Source: Phoronis australis (lineage: Eukaryota > Animalia > Phoronida). Taken from it: a stretch of DNA of 64,000 nt. A program made the translations under genes and the position numbers. The notes beneath the pieces are model-generated. The model did not search any database and was not told the DNA's origin. It saw only the letters and a program-made list of their open reading frames with translations. This document shows, in pieces, positions 25,008 through 38,846 of the stretch. Each line of letters begins with the position of its first letter. Positions within the stretch are counted from its first letter, which is position 1. The stretch lies in the NCBI GenBank assembly GCA_002633005.1, contig NMRA01000396.1:359146-423145 (forward strand). The letters are read 5' to 3'.

Positions 25008-27520
25008 TTGACGAGACAATCACCGCCAATACTGCATAGAGGAGATTGAGCTGATTTTAATACATGCGGCGACACGTGTTACATTAGCGCCGTTGTGTTG
25101 TTAATGTCGTTCGTACATCTGTGTTTGGTTGCAACTACTATTCCGGTTGTGTTGGGTGGCACTGAACAGTTAGACTGCGGCCTCGGCCAATTTGCATTCC
25201 CAAAATATTAAAATCTATGGATAGGCCAGGCTTAGTTGGGAGCATTTTTAGTTAGGTGTTGTATGTAGGCCAAGTGAATTTGGTTTGTTTGTATTTAGTG
25301 AACATGCTGAGAATTATAAAAGGCCACTTTCTTGGCTGTAGCTGCACTCTTCTTGAATATGGCGGCCCCCTGTTGCAGTTGTGCATTGCTGTGTAGCAAC
25401 TGAGAAATTGGCCCTGATTTCAGGTAGCCCTCAAACAAGCCAGATTTGCAAAAAAAAACTAGTTGGTTAACAGTACATTTGCCGGACCACATTTTTGGAA
25501 TCGGTAAGACATTTGCTTTCGGAATCTAATGTTGGCTTTAGTCGAGCATCGACAAGGAAGTGGTGGTTTTGGGGTGAAAAGTGACGATTTTGCATTATAT
25601 TGTCCTTATAGTTCTTAGTCTAGCTTGGTTGCCACTGGGAGTGAAAGGGTCAAAAATACCAGAGAGAACAAAGTTTCTGTGCTCATCTGTAGGGCTTGTG
25701 ATGTGAAATGAGTCAAAAGCTTTCTTTATTTACATGCAGTTTTTGTCAGAGTGAAGAAAGGGTGAAGAGTCCATTGACTTGTGTTCTGATAGGCAAATCC
25801 CTGTGAGAACTATGCAGTGCCTCCATTTTAGTGTCGTTCGTATGACTGTGTTTGGTTGGAATTAACTCTTCCGTTTCCGACTTTGTCTTTAGGTGGCACT
25901 CAACAGCCCCCCTTTCAATAATGCTAGGACCTTGCTATAAAGCCAGTCTTTGGGAGAATTTCGTTAGATATCTCCGAGTATTTTAAATGAAATCACACCT
26001 GAATTAAACAAAGTCTATAACAAAGTCTATTGAAACTAATTCCTCATTAATCATTGTTTACCTTTTTATGACTAACGGAAGTGCAGCCGACCTATGAGAT
26101 ATGTACATAGAGCTGACATGACGTGGTTTTCCTTGAGCGGAGTGATCCGCCATGTTGCTGATGAACCATGTTCATCGAGATGCGTGTGCACTGTATAGTA
26201 TCTAAGAACTAATATTGGTAACAACACATGATTTCAAGTAAAAACTCACAGCTTTAATGTCAGGATCACCAAGTGCAAAGTGGGATTTTTAGAAAATCAT
26301 ACAAGAAAATCATTGCATACTTGAGCACAGAATTAAAGGGTCTTAACGCTTATCTTTAGTTAAAGCAGAAAACATCAAAAATAAAGTGTAACTTCTGGTA
26401 TTAGACCGAGAATCATTGATATAATTTTTTGGTCTGTCGAGGCTTAAAAATTGAAACTGAAATAGAAGAATTTTGTGAGTGAGAATCCGATCGCAGAAAC
26501 AATATTGTTCAACTTCATTTGTTCCCTAGAACACCCATTAAAGTCGATTTTCCGTAGTCTTTTGCCTGACTTTCCTTCTTAAACTGATGTGGGTTTAGTG
26601 GCCTTATGTTCTCTCCAAGATATATGTTGTTTTCTAACAACCGAGAAGCACAAAAAGCGACTACAAGATTAATAGTTGGGCATTTTACAGAGTGAACACC
26701 AATTAGAAGATTTATTAAATATAGCCAGGTTGTTGGGAACAGGGCAGGATCGAAGGAAGGGATACTGCAAGAATACTACACCCCACAATGCTATATTGGG
26801 ACGGTAGAGGTTTTTTCTGTAGATTTCAAGAGATGGGACAAATGTTATGTAACGTTGCAAGCTATTAAAATCTGCAACTGTCTTACTTGAGGAAGATGGT
26901 CATTTTTATATTCTGTCCTGTTTATGGTCTTCTGCTACTTACAGTGTATCAATGCCTGGGTATGTAGCACAGAGCAGATAGAGTTTACGACCATTGAGTT
27001 TTGTCATATTTATTTTGTAGCGGGGTGTTGTCAATGTAAATGTACTAGTAACATAATTGTGTGCCATCAAATGTCAGATCCAGCTGAATGTGAGGGATTA
27101 AATAAGAGTTGGTTGAAATCTGACTTTTTCTGAAGTGAAGTGCGTGTACCAGTACGGCACAGTAACTTTATACGAGCGAGACATACCCCTTTTACTGTCA
27201 AGGTGTGATTTTACTGCGTGATATTTTGAAATAAATGAAAATTTTATTGTTTGAAATGGTTACAGTATCTCATTGTGTTGTTTCTGTGTGAACATTTTTG
27301 TTGTTCTTTCCGTTCTGAATGGCCAATCAGGTGGAAGTGTGCGTGTTACTGAAAGAAAAAAATCTGCCATTCCGCATATCATGGGTGGATAAAATGGATA
27401 CATTGATTAGTGTAAAAAATAATATTGGTATAAGTTAATAATGCGAACGTCTTTTGAAAACTTTAGTTCCTCTTATTGCAGCCGGCGTGTTGTTTTACAA
27501 CAGAGTCTATGTCACAACTA

Positions 27521-29945
27521 TTTATTTGTTTATTTATTTATTGTGATATTTAAAATAAGGGTGACCTCTTCAGTCATAGCACTGCTTTCCAGAGGGCCCT
27601 CAACAACAAAAAGCAGTAATAACAACAATTAAATATACGAAACAAGGATACAATTACGACAAAGAATGGTGAAAATTTAACTAAGAGGGATGAAATAAAT
27701 AAAGAGATGACTCTAAACAGAGCAAGTATTTACGACAATGAAAAAAATGACATGATTAAGACGGGTTAAAGGAGAATGCCACACGATTTAATTAGTCTTT
27801 TTTGTCGTCTTAATCGGTCTATATTCACATCGCCTCGCATACGGTCGACCTTACCTTGCCAAGAGGTGTCGCGTTAACCTGTGAGGAAGGTGAAAAACGA
27901 CGCTAGCGACGTCAGTGGTTCATATGCAGAGTGAACGCCGCTATGTTGCGGTGCATCGTTCCCGCTTGTCCGAACTAAGCAGCTCAGAAGAAAGCGGGTA
28001 TATCGTTTTTTCTACTTCCTCGAGAGTCCGAAATGCTTAGGAAGTGGCTCATGGTAGTGAAGAATGAAATGTACGCTGTAAATAGCAAGTATGAGGCCGT
28101 GAAACATCTCCGTGTCTGTGGCCTGCAGACGTCGACAGTGCCTGACGGAATGCCGGCTTACCGGCCAAATAACTCCATGCGTTCCGTTGTCTGAGCTTGT
28201 TCACGAAGCCTCTCTAGTATTTCTTAATCACCGTATTCCTGTTCGAATTGATGACCTGTAAAACTTAACGATCCACCTGCGAAGTCGGGACTGGTGAGCT
28301 CTAGCTCGTCCTAAGTCGGGATTGCGAGTTGCCCATGCCATGTTGGCGTTTATTACTGAGCGCTCTGTTTCAAAATGAATTATTCTCACCCTAACCAATA
28401 CTTATATAAAACTGAAACAAAGTCTGTCTCTTTAGATGCAATTTGTAATGCCTTTGGAGTGTTCGTGAGTGTAAATGATTTGAGAAGCCAGCAATGAATA
28501 AATCACTGCTTACCGGCTTTAGGTGCAATAAAACTCAGTAATTGACGGGACACCGAGGCCGTGTGAGCTCATGCTAATTTAGTGTTTCACGCGGCTGGCA
28601 GAAACTGTTGTGAAACAACTCGATTTCCATCCCACGGCCAGGTGTTAGGGGAATCTTTATTTACATTTACATTACTCAAATAATGATTGTCAATGTACAA
28701 CTTCTGCCCTGACGGTGCTGTGGCCAAAGCGGAACCTGAATTCGCGGCCCCCGACGAGTAAGTAGATTTGCAGTTTCGTGGCTAATTAACCAACATAATC
28801 AGGTGCACATTACTTTGGCTCACTAGTAAAGTATTTTCTTGAGTGGAAGTTTAGTTTCCACTGAACTGATCAGTTTCCGAGTCACTGACCGGGATAACGA
28901 GTCAATCCGGCCGGCTGCGACGGGCCTGATCGGGCTCCGAGCCACTGGCCAGAATAACAAGCGTTTTGTGTTTAGAACTCAAAAAATCACAAGTATAAAC
29001 AACACAGATCTAGGTTCTCCTGTCTGTATCTCACGGAAAATACTTCGAAATTATCTCCGAACAGACCCCAAACTCCTGCTACGGACCTTATTGGCCTGCC
29101 GAACTTTGTAGGCTACGGTGTGTCCAAATACCAATAAATTCGTAAAAGCGAAATAAAAACAACACGTTTTTATAAGAATTCGGTGTATTTTTAAGTGTTT
29201 TACATCGAAGTTTGATGATTTATTGGTGTTAAACGATGACTTCAAGCGATAAGCTGACACCAGTAATCCGTGTTGTGAACTGCTGAACAGACTGTGAAAC
29301 CGATGACGTCATTGGATAATTTCAACACCTCCGTCTGCCGTCAGGTGTCAGGTAACGCAACCGTACGTGTCGTTATGGAGTAGAACTACTCAATCTAAAT
29401 TGATACAAATCAGGTTGTTTTTTGGGTGGCATGCTCCTTTAAGACGTGTAGGGTATAAAAAAGATTAGGTAAATTACACCCACATTTTAATATTACGTTT
29501 GAAAGTATTAATTGAATCGAACCGTTTAATTTCTGGGCTAAGAGAATTCCATATTGTAGTAGTAGCGTAGATAAAAGATCTCTTGCATGTATCGGTTTTA
29601 ATTCTTTTAAAATAAACATTTCCAGCAACAGAAGAACCTGTAGAATGGGAGGCTTCGTTGCTATTGAATTTCGGGGTGAGATATGCTGGAGCCAAGCCAT
29701 TGATATATCTGTCCATACAACAGGCAGAGAGATATTTATTTCTTTGTTTTACTTTCATAAATCCCAGCTTGGAATACAACTCATCAACCCTGGTGTCCCT
29801 AACTATAGACGGCTAAGTACAACGATTTGCTTTGATAATTTCTTTGTGGTGTGATCTATGTGCATATTAAATTTAAGATTGGGATATAAAATAAGGCCCA
29901 AGTACTTAAACTTGTCAACATTCTCGATCTGAGAACCGTTGAGAC
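27521..29945 (-). mobile_element. 5'-truncated L2/CR1-group LINE 3' end, interrupted by the Kolobok insertion
   Basis: RT C-terminus NGSQIENVDKFKYLGLIL..NMHID, GLAPAYL, RSFIY..IWNSL..FKRNIK at 29474-29945; 3' stem-loop AGGGCCCTCT..AGAGGTCACCCT and (AATA)n tail at 27521-27600. Confidence 0.75.
27770..29438 (+). mobile_element. Non-autonomous Kolobok-type DNA transposon with THAP remnant
   Basis: TTAA on both sides (27766-27769, 29439-29442); TIR AGGAGAATGCCAC / GTGGCATGCTCCT; from 27943 it reads MLRCIVPACPN*..GISFFLLP..LRKWL..HLRVCGLQ (THAP-like). TTAA TSD, RR termini and THAP match Kolobok. Confidence 0.8.
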
Positions 29946-32900
29946 CATGTCGTTTTATACTCTACAAATTACCAGTTCACCCCGCTAAGATGAATTAGGT
30001 ACTAGGACAAGCAATACATAGGCGGATTTACTCCCACCCCCTTGGCTGCCGCAAAATAAAAATAAGGAACAACAAGAGCGTGAGGAAATATTGAGTTTAT
30101 TCACTAATCTCGGTAATTATCATGAGCTTGAAACAATATTTAACTTGGGCAGTTGTAGTTTGTGTGTGGGCGTGTGCGTGTGTGGGGGGCTCTGCATATT
30201 GATGTAAATATTATTCTTTGGTATAACCTGAAGTAGACAACTCCAATCACCTCTCGAGAACGGGTCCGTGCAAATGGATACTTCGGACCTCTGGCTTCGG
30301 CCGTCCAAGCAGAGGTGTTCACCGGCACACGCGGCTAACCGATGTATATGTCCGTGTCTTGCCAACCACTACAGGGTGTTTTTGGTGTCACGTGTGCATT
30401 CCTCTTTTTTCATTGAAATACTTAATGTTAACATTTCAGATTCTATAACTCTATCCTTTTGCAAAATTTTTCGCCCAACTTTTAATCAAATTGGCTTATG
30501 CCCTCAATTCTGAATATGCACATGACTGTACACAAACATGTATAGTTCCATTGGTCAACTGTTGCATACAATGACACGACTTCACATGCACGCATACTAC
30601 TGTTCGTATAATCATCGATTTCCATGGGTTTCTATTATTTTTTCTTATTAGTGTTCAAGTGTTTCCCACGAACGCATGCCTCAGATCTTTTTGTTAGAAT
30701 AAATCATGTGGCGTCGGGTCAAGGCATTTTTAGGACCATACTAAAAACTGATGTAATGGCGCGCCGGAGGAGCGGCCCCCTTGACAGCTGATCGTCTTGT
30801 TGGTTTGTGAACAACTGAAAAATAGGTACTGTGGAATTATAACGACGAAAAAGGTTAATCGTGTTGCTGTATAATTTCATTTTCTGAACGTTATACATTT
30901 CAGTGATTGTCTTTTCGACTGAGCCGGAAAAAACCTCCCAGGCCCTAGCAGCACTCCGTGAAAATTTCAGTCAACGCATTAGGAATTTAGTCTTTGCAGT
31001 GGCTTATATGATCGTTTAAGCAATGCAAGAGTCACATATTTATATTACTTTATGTTACCAATATTTTATAACCTCGTATTTAAAATTTCAAATTTTATTC
31101 TGAAAATTCCCCGGCTTCCATAAGGCCACTGTGCTTTTATTGGGGACAAATAAAAACAAGAATAATATATATTTTTAAGTTGTATTGGGAATTTCAGGGT
31201 CACAGCTCTACAAAGAAATATTTCACAAAGGGAACAATGTGGGTTCTTTAATTACAAGAGATAACACACACATTTCCGATACCCAAAGTGTAATTGAGTA
31301 TCTGATACTAAGTGGCACAGGTTAGCATAGTACCAAATGGGTACATAATACCAAATGGGTATGAGCAATATTGGGACACTTCTGTGTGTGAGATGCGGCG
31401 CTTTCGAGCTTTACCTCACCAGGCTCCACCGCGATATGCGATAGATTCCCATCTAGGTCTTAACCATTGTAAATCCCATCTCGTTACATCAATAATAACT
31501 CCTGTCATGCTGGCCTCTGGCACTCATACCCATTCTACATGGGTTCCCGGAACCCAACTGTGCCTCACTCCTTGTTCAAGGCTTAAAATAGCTAGTGACG
31601 CACTTCGCTCAGTGTCGCACCAGCGTGTCAAAAATTACCAAAAATACGGCAAACCTGCAGTTTTCACCCCAAAGCCACCATTTGCATGTGATTACTGTGA
31701 ACTGAGAGACAGCGTATTCAGCCTGGAAAACCTCCATGTATTACATAAATCAGGTGAAATGTGGGTGTCGACCAGCTATATTTTTCGCAATTAAATCCAA
31801 AGAGTCTGAGAGGTATCTGAATTTCCCGTAAAATTTCAACTTCCCGCTTGCAAGCAGTAAAAATTTAACTAAAGCCATGTGTGAGCAGAAAGAGAGTTAA
31901 GGTCTCAACAGCTGACAATCTCTCCCAGGCCACATTCAAAAATCAAGCAAATGCCTTTAGCCTCCACATGCAGCACAAAACCTTTAAACTAAGTCAACCC
32001 AGCAAGCGCCATTTTTTTACGAAACTGGAGAAACAAAATTCAACCGTGGCTCAAAAAAGCTATTGATTGTCACCTTAATGTCGTCTGCTTATTAAACCTG
32101 GTGATATTTGATTCATAGTTTATTTTATCTGGCCTAGGAATTAATTAATGTGAGCTGCCTACAGTATCCAATAGCAATTGGGCGCGTGGCTAAAGTATGT
32201 TCCCGCCTGAAATGAACTTTCTCCAATCGTCAAGAAGGAGACTCTCAAAACAAAGAAAATTATTGTCTTACTGCTGTTCTCAATTTCACGTAATCAAATC
32301 CTTCAGCCATTATTGTATGATCAATCAAATAAGTGCCTATTTAAGTGATATGCTGTCAAAGAATCTATGTTCAAGTGTTCCTAATTTTTTACTTATTTCT
32401 ATTTTTCCTACTTTCAGTTCGAAATTCCTGATGTTTCCTACTATTTGCCCCACTTCTCTGAAACTGTGTGTAATGTTATCTTTCTAGAATACCCAGTAGT
32501 ACTCGTAGATCATCTTAGGCAGGACTGAACAAGGACAATTATCTTACCAAATATGGGTAACATTTGTCCTTCACTCTGAGTAAAAAGTTGCCAAGACCAA
32601 GGCCAAAACCTTCTATTATTTGTCTGGGCAAACTCACCAATAGGAGGGGTTGGTAGGCCACTTTAACTTGACTGGGTGTTTTGCTTTGCCGGGTATTGTC
32701 GGAGGTAAGAATTCTACTTCATTTTGAACATGGTATTGTCTTGGATTGGAGAATGGCAACCCTTTCTCGTTATTTGGGGTTTCCTTAAAAGATGTATAAA
32801 CAACAATGACACATTTACTCAAATGTCAACATTATACATACACAGAAGAATCTAATTTTATGCCCTGACGAGCTACTGACACTAAAGGTAAATAACTTTT

Positions 32901-33419
32901 TTGCTGACTTCGTCATTATCCAGAAAAAATAGCAGTCACTGTCTAGGACCAATAAGATTATTTGTCCACTGAGTGATTTTCATTTTAGTACATGTAGGTC
33001 ATGAGTATTTTAAAATGCAATTAGCCTAGTCTTGAGGTCTAGCCTGGCTTGATTTATTGAATGTACATATATTAGCCTTGGAGTAACACTTGGGGTAGAT
33101 GGACTCTTTATAAACGCTTTGAAGAAAATATGTTGCAGAAAGTGTGCTAGTCATGAATTTTCTTCTGTTGTATGGATCACTGGAAGATAAATCTTTGTCT
33201 TAGTAACATTTTTTTTGCCTTTTTCATTGAATAGTTGTCATATCCTGCTGTGAAAACTGAAATATTATGGTTGAAAATGACGATGGCAAAATGGAACTTT
33301 TAGGCATACAAAAGTGCAAGAACTAGGTTTACTACTCATCTATTTCTCTTAATTTTGAAATAAAAAGAAAGACTTCTATCACCTGTACAATCATTGGGNG
33401 TGTCGGCTTTCCAATTTAA

Positions 33420-33790
33420 TGCGCCCACACATTGATGCACATTGCTGTTCCTGTATTTTGTTTAAAGTGACTAATAAGCCCGGTTGGCTGGGTGTTCAAG
33501 TAACACTGGGCATTGTAATAAATTCATTTTTCACAATATTTGGATGAATATTGCCGTCATCTGGGTCTGGGCGTCTGGCGTCTGGTGAATGTGGTTAAAT
33601 ATCCTGGACCCCTTGCAGAGTTTTATTGAAATTTGGCTGGTGTTTTCCTACGAGACTGACTACCGATGACGACTAGTTTCGGACCGATACGAATACTACT
33701 GTGCCCCCTTGCGGCAGTTTTAGTTTTTTACGTTTGCCAGATCATGATTTTTGACATAATCCAACTACTATGGCGTCACCCGTCACATTC
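33420..33790 (+). mobile_element. Decayed HINE-like remnant (counterpart at ~61300-61700)
   Basis: Starts GCGCCCAC, has GGCGTCT repeats and one unit similar to the 19.3-20.5 kb array. Confidence 0.45.
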
Positions 33791-35051
33791 GACAGCAAAT
33801 TTCTGTTCACATCACCAAGGACAAGCCATAGACTCATAAAAAATCTCGTTTTCAATTTTGCCAATTTTGCTTATCTCACAAATTGTCTCATCCTCGGTTA
33901 GACCTGCATGTTGCTTTGTTTCAACGTAAAGCTTGCACATTGAGCAAACATTTTCCTTAGGTATTGGTCTAAAACGTACAGGTAATTTCTCACTGTAATT
34001 CTGTTTTAATAGTAAAGTAGATTTGATATTTAGTCGGATTAATATTTACAGAGTGCAAATTTTGCTCCACAGTTAAATAATATTTGACTAGGAAATTCTG
34101 AAAGAGAATAAATCTACGTCATCTGGTCCATGTAACCATACCTCTCCAAACCCGTTGATGTAAAGTAGCACTTAAGCTATGCTAAATCTTTAATTATATC
34201 GTTCTCGTATCAATTTTACCTATGCCAACATTTCAAGTCGCGGATTCTAAAATTTGAAGATGAATGTTACCAAGGAAGTGCCTCAACACTTGAGTCGTGG
34301 TCTTCTCTAGCTTCAGTGTATTTATTAATGATTTTTCTACTCAATGTCGCTCAATTGACTGTACTGTTTTGTATTCAGTGAAGCAAAACGGAGTTAATGA
34401 ATGTCGAAACCTAGCTGTGATGTGGTTTAAAACAAATCACACGAAATAGAAGAAATTTATAGTGTAAAACTTTCTCAAGAAAATTGTCCCTCAAGAGAAA
34501 AAAGTTAATATTGCATGGTTTAGCAAAGTTATGGTTATGTACAAGGTTCCGATAAAAATGTCAAAATTTGGCTGACTTCGGAGCATCATGTCTCAGAGAT
34601 GGCTTATTAAAATATATGAACATTTCAAATAATTTAAGCACAGTTCTCAAAGACGCTGAAAGGAATTGCTTTTAAATGTTTCGTTTTTTTCATGAGAGGC
34701 TGTCATAAAATAGGGCTATCGTGACTTTCAGGAAATTCTTTAAAGTTGCATTATACGAAAACGAAAACGAATTGGTTTGACACAAAATTGTCACAGAATT
34801 TTTCAAATATCACTTTGAGTGTCGGCAAGTAAAGAGGAGTCGTCTACTAATGCTTTATTAGATACTCGAAACATTTCACAGTTATATTCTTACAAGTCTT
34901 CTCTGTTTTGGTTTTACAAAAACAGAAACAAAACTACATTGCAAAACCTTTAATCACAATTTAGACAAAAATGCAAATAAAAAATACCATTATAGGAAAA
35001 TATAGGAAAAAAATCACTTAAGTATTGCAGCTCTCATCCTCTCCTCTTTGA

Positions 35052-36010
35052 ACAGTACACACCATGGATTTTTGCACATTTTGAATTACCGGTGGCCACA
35101 GACTAAATGTATGACGTAAAATTTAGCTAAACCCATGTTTATTTTGTGTAATTAGCTCGACATTTTGATTTTTCTTTCAATTTTGCCAATTTTCACATTT
35201 GCCGCCATGTGACGTCATGTGTTGAACACAAGAGCTCAGTGACTAGCATTGAACAATGGCGGAGAGCAGGGAATTTGAAAGCGACGACGATTATGAGCAA
35301 GAATTGAACAAATACTATGAAGAAACGTAGAGGAATGGTGGCCAGGATGAGGAAATGGGATTGCACGAAAGCGAGAACAAGTTTTATGTGCTTTCGGCTG
35401 CGTACTTTTCTACTTTGAGCCTTACGAACTGGATCCTCTCGCGAGAGAAGCGGCCTCGGGCTCAGCGAGTCAACTCAGTCATCAGAGACGATCCTGAATT
35501 AAGAGCTGATGTTTCTGAATGATAAATATTGTCCTTTATTGAACCAGGCCTTCATCGTAACGTCTCCTGTGACTGGAGTCGCAACACGAGTCCTCAAAGT
35601 GGGCAGAACACAGAGTGGCCCCGGACCGAATCGCTTGGTCCACGATGACGTCCCACACTCTCGTTTGGCGCACGAAGCCATGCCACTTCTGCGCAACTTT
35701 GGTGTCCTTCGGAACACCGAGACGTTCTCCGCCTGGCTGCTGTTGCTGCAGCCTCCGGAAACATATCTTTTGATCCTTCTACGAACCTTCTCGACGTTAA
35801 ATGTACTTTGCTTTCTCTTACTCTATACACTTTGTCTCTGATCCGAACAGTATGGCGAACGACTTGGGTTCAACCCATGACGTTGTACATAATTATTATT
35901 TTTTCAATTTTTGCGTGTTTCTTTATGAGCTGTGCACTAAAGGCACTGAAATCAAGTAAGATGTAATAATAAAATTTATTTTGAGGAACTAGAGTCATGT
36001 TGTGTACACT
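35052..36010 (-). mobile_element. Degenerate Kolobok-like element of a second family, with THAP remnant
   Basis: The minus strand at ~35580-35780 reads IKRYVSGGCSNSS..VSVF/PKDTKVAQKWHGFVRQTRVW..LCSAHFEDSC (THAP, one frameshift); degenerate TIR ttga|ACAGTACACACCATG versus CATGTTGTGTACACT|ttaa. Confidence 0.6.
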
Positions 36011-36229
36011 TTAAAGCCCAATGTACACTGCCCAACCAAGTGTGTAGAATACAAGTCAGCAGACACACCAGGCGTGCGTTCAGTACAAAGCGAGTGCCAA
36101 TCCTAGCAAAATGGCGGATATTGAAGGGTAAGCCGGTGATTTTCGTTCGTTTTGCGAAATTTTTCGGCAAACTGTTGACTGAAGCACCAATTAAGGCAGG
36201 TGTGTTAAACAAAATGTAGCGCTGCTGAG

Positions 36230-38846
36230 TTTGTCTGTTCTAGTTCCCATCTGTTCCTTGCTGGTTTGTCTTTCTCAACAAGTTCCATGATCTTATGTAG
36301 GGAAGGATCATGCTGTTGCTCATCCTTCAACTTGCTGACGTCGAGACTTTCCGCTCCGGAGGGAGTTACCTCCAAAGGCATAATAGGTTTCTCTCTCTTT
36401 TTAGCCTGTGATCTAGTAGTGACTGCAGACATGACACTACCTAGTGGCTGCCAATTGGAATCAGGATCCTTGCTGACCCCAACAGCATTCCCTAGGATGA
36501 GGTCATATATTGGTGTTCGCATACACATCGACTCGATTTCACCGACGAAGTATGGAGTATTTACCTCAATCTTCGTTATGGGAAAGCATCGTGCTGTTCA
36601 ATCTATTAACACACAGATGTGTTGTTTCCCCGCGAGTTGACTTTCTTTGACTAGGGACGTCTTAACCGCTGAACTACTGCAACCACTGTCACGCATCATG
36701 CGTACTTTTTTCTCGTTGACGTACATGTAACTGTCACAAACGGACATACTGTGGTCAGCAGGAGGCTCTTTGTGCTTGTCACAGGTCCCTGTCTCTGCGG
36801 GTTTTGATGTCCCATCGACTAACTTCAGACAGACATCAACTATGTGCTGCTCTATCGGACTAGCCTTTACTACCACAGCTTGACACATCGCCGTCTTCTT
36901 GGTGTCTTCTGTCTTGACCCGTTCCTGCTGCGAGGCAGACGACTGCTTACCAACAGCGAATCTTTTGGACTGGGAGTCTTTCATTGCACAGTCCCTGGCT
37001 AGATGACCTTTGACAATTGAAACACTCTTTGTCATCCTTGTTTCTGGTCATTGACGTACGAGGAGTCTCTGCCCTTCGTTCTTCTGTGTTGCTTGGCGGT
37101 GCCTGTCTTCTGGCTACTTGTCCCAAGTCTTTCTTTGCGAACCCTTTGCCCAATTAACCAGTACTAGTGGGCGTCCATGTACTGTTGAGCAATGGCCGAC
37201 ATCTCGTCGAAGTTCTTCGGTTTCTGTTCCCTCAGGAATACAGTCATCTGAGGAGGGCATACTCCCAGAAACTGCTCTCGGATCAGTAAGTCTCTGAGTC
37301 CATCATAAGTCAACTCGACCTCCGCCAGTTGTGTCCATCGGTCAATGAGCCTTTTCAGTTTTGCCCCAAATTGGAACACGTTTTCAACCTTTTCAGGCTT
37401 GGACTCTGAACTTCCGCCAGAACCCGTCCTCAGTTAGTTCATACCTGTGCAGTAGCGCCACCTGTAGTTGGTCATACATATAGTTGTTAATTTGGTCAGA
37501 CGGCATGTTGTTGAAGACCTGTAGGCCTTTACCTGTCAACAATGGACTCAAGTCCACAGCCCACTCCGATCTATCCCATTTCTGGCTTGTGGCGAATGTG
37601 TCAAATCGTGCTAGGAAGACATCCATGTCGTCGACGCGCTCGTCGAACCTTGGCAGTTTGGGACGGCTGGTACGTACACCACTGCTTGAACCCACACCAC
37701 TAGGTTTCGCTTTTAGTTCAATCTGGAGTTGCAGTATCTTCTGCTTCTCGATTTCGATCGCTTGGGCCCGCTCGGCTCGTTCTTGCTCAAGCTTGTGTTC
37801 GTATTCAGCTTGCTCTAGCTCTCGTTGATGAGCACGCTCTGCTTTTTCCCGTGCAAGCTCTGCCTTTTCCAGCTCTTGTTTATGGGCACGCTCTGCTTGT
37901 TCTAGTTTCCGTTTATGGGCACGCTCTTCACGCTCCATGGCCTGCAGCAAGAGCTCCTCTGTGCACATCCTTAACTCTTCACCGAATTGTTTCGCTTGCG
38001 CAATTTATTTTTCAAATTCCATTTTAGAGGAAGGGTTTTATTCCCAAAATGGACTTTAATAATTAATATTCAAACCGTAATTACTGGATTCAAAACAATT
38101 CAACCCAACCACGATAACCTATATTTAAACGCTCCCGGCCTTACCCCCAAATGTCAGAGATTGACTGTGGGTTTGTTTAAAAGGTAGCTATGCTTTGAGT
38201 TTGTTCGTAGATGGAAAGTGAATAATCAAATCCAGTAATTAATTTATTATATGATAAGCCCTAATTAGACAAGTGAAACATGTTGTTAATTAAGTAATCA
38301 ACTACAAAAAAGAGAAGCTACACTAGCACCCTCTTTAAAGATTACCTCAATTAATCAAACAAAATAATCAAATGTCTTATCAGCTATCCAAGCTAGGACT
38401 CTCCACTTCTTGGACGTCTGTCCTGTTGGTGAATCTTCGAACTACACACATTGTATAGCGACAGTGTACTTGCTGGTCTCTGTCTCTGGTGATGCAACCC
38501 CTTCAGGCAATTTCTTCTACCCGTGATTCTTCTTGCTAGTCACAGTCTCTGGCTGGTGACGCAACACTTCAGGTAGTATCTTACTACCCACGATGCAAGT
38601 GACAAGCTCTTAGTTAACTTTCTGTTCGTTAACCCTTGCCCTTGCCAAGATCCCCTATAGAATCTTCCACGAGATGGCTCTGTCATACCATTGCTTTTGT
38701 TCACCGTAGCAAGTCTATATGCTTCAACTACTATAGAGCATCTGAATATCTTGTTGATTTTAGCCCGTATTGTAATATTCTACTTATTTAATGATTGGCT
38801 AATAAAAACCACATGATCTTATCTAATCATATCAGTGGCTGTTACA
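36230..38846 (-). mobile_element. 3'-truncated Ty3/Gypsy LTR retrotransposon (5' LTR, PBS, gag, protease), pseudogenised
   Basis: Gag PKLPRFDE..DVFLARF..YDQLQVALLHRYELT (37393-37968), SCAN-like LIREQFL, Zn knuckle CFNC/GHLARDC, protease MRDSGCS..YDLILGN; frameshifts and stops split it into several ORFs. Confidence 0.88.
38152..38846 (-). repeat. 5' LTR of the Gypsy element
   Basis: The minus strand starts TGTAAC and ends TGACA; 2 nt later comes TGGGGGTAAGGCCGGGAG, resembling a tRNA-Pro PBS (TGGGGGCTCGTCCGGGAT). Confidence 0.6.

Larger units (their letters stand above)
5905..34820 (+). repeat. Tandem segmental duplication, unit A
   Basis: Collinear homology to 41800-62660 in upstream DNA, exons, introns and downstream blocks (e.g. 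5905-6190/41800-42080; 32570-34820/60450-62660), interrupted by copy-specific insertions. Confidence 0.85.
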
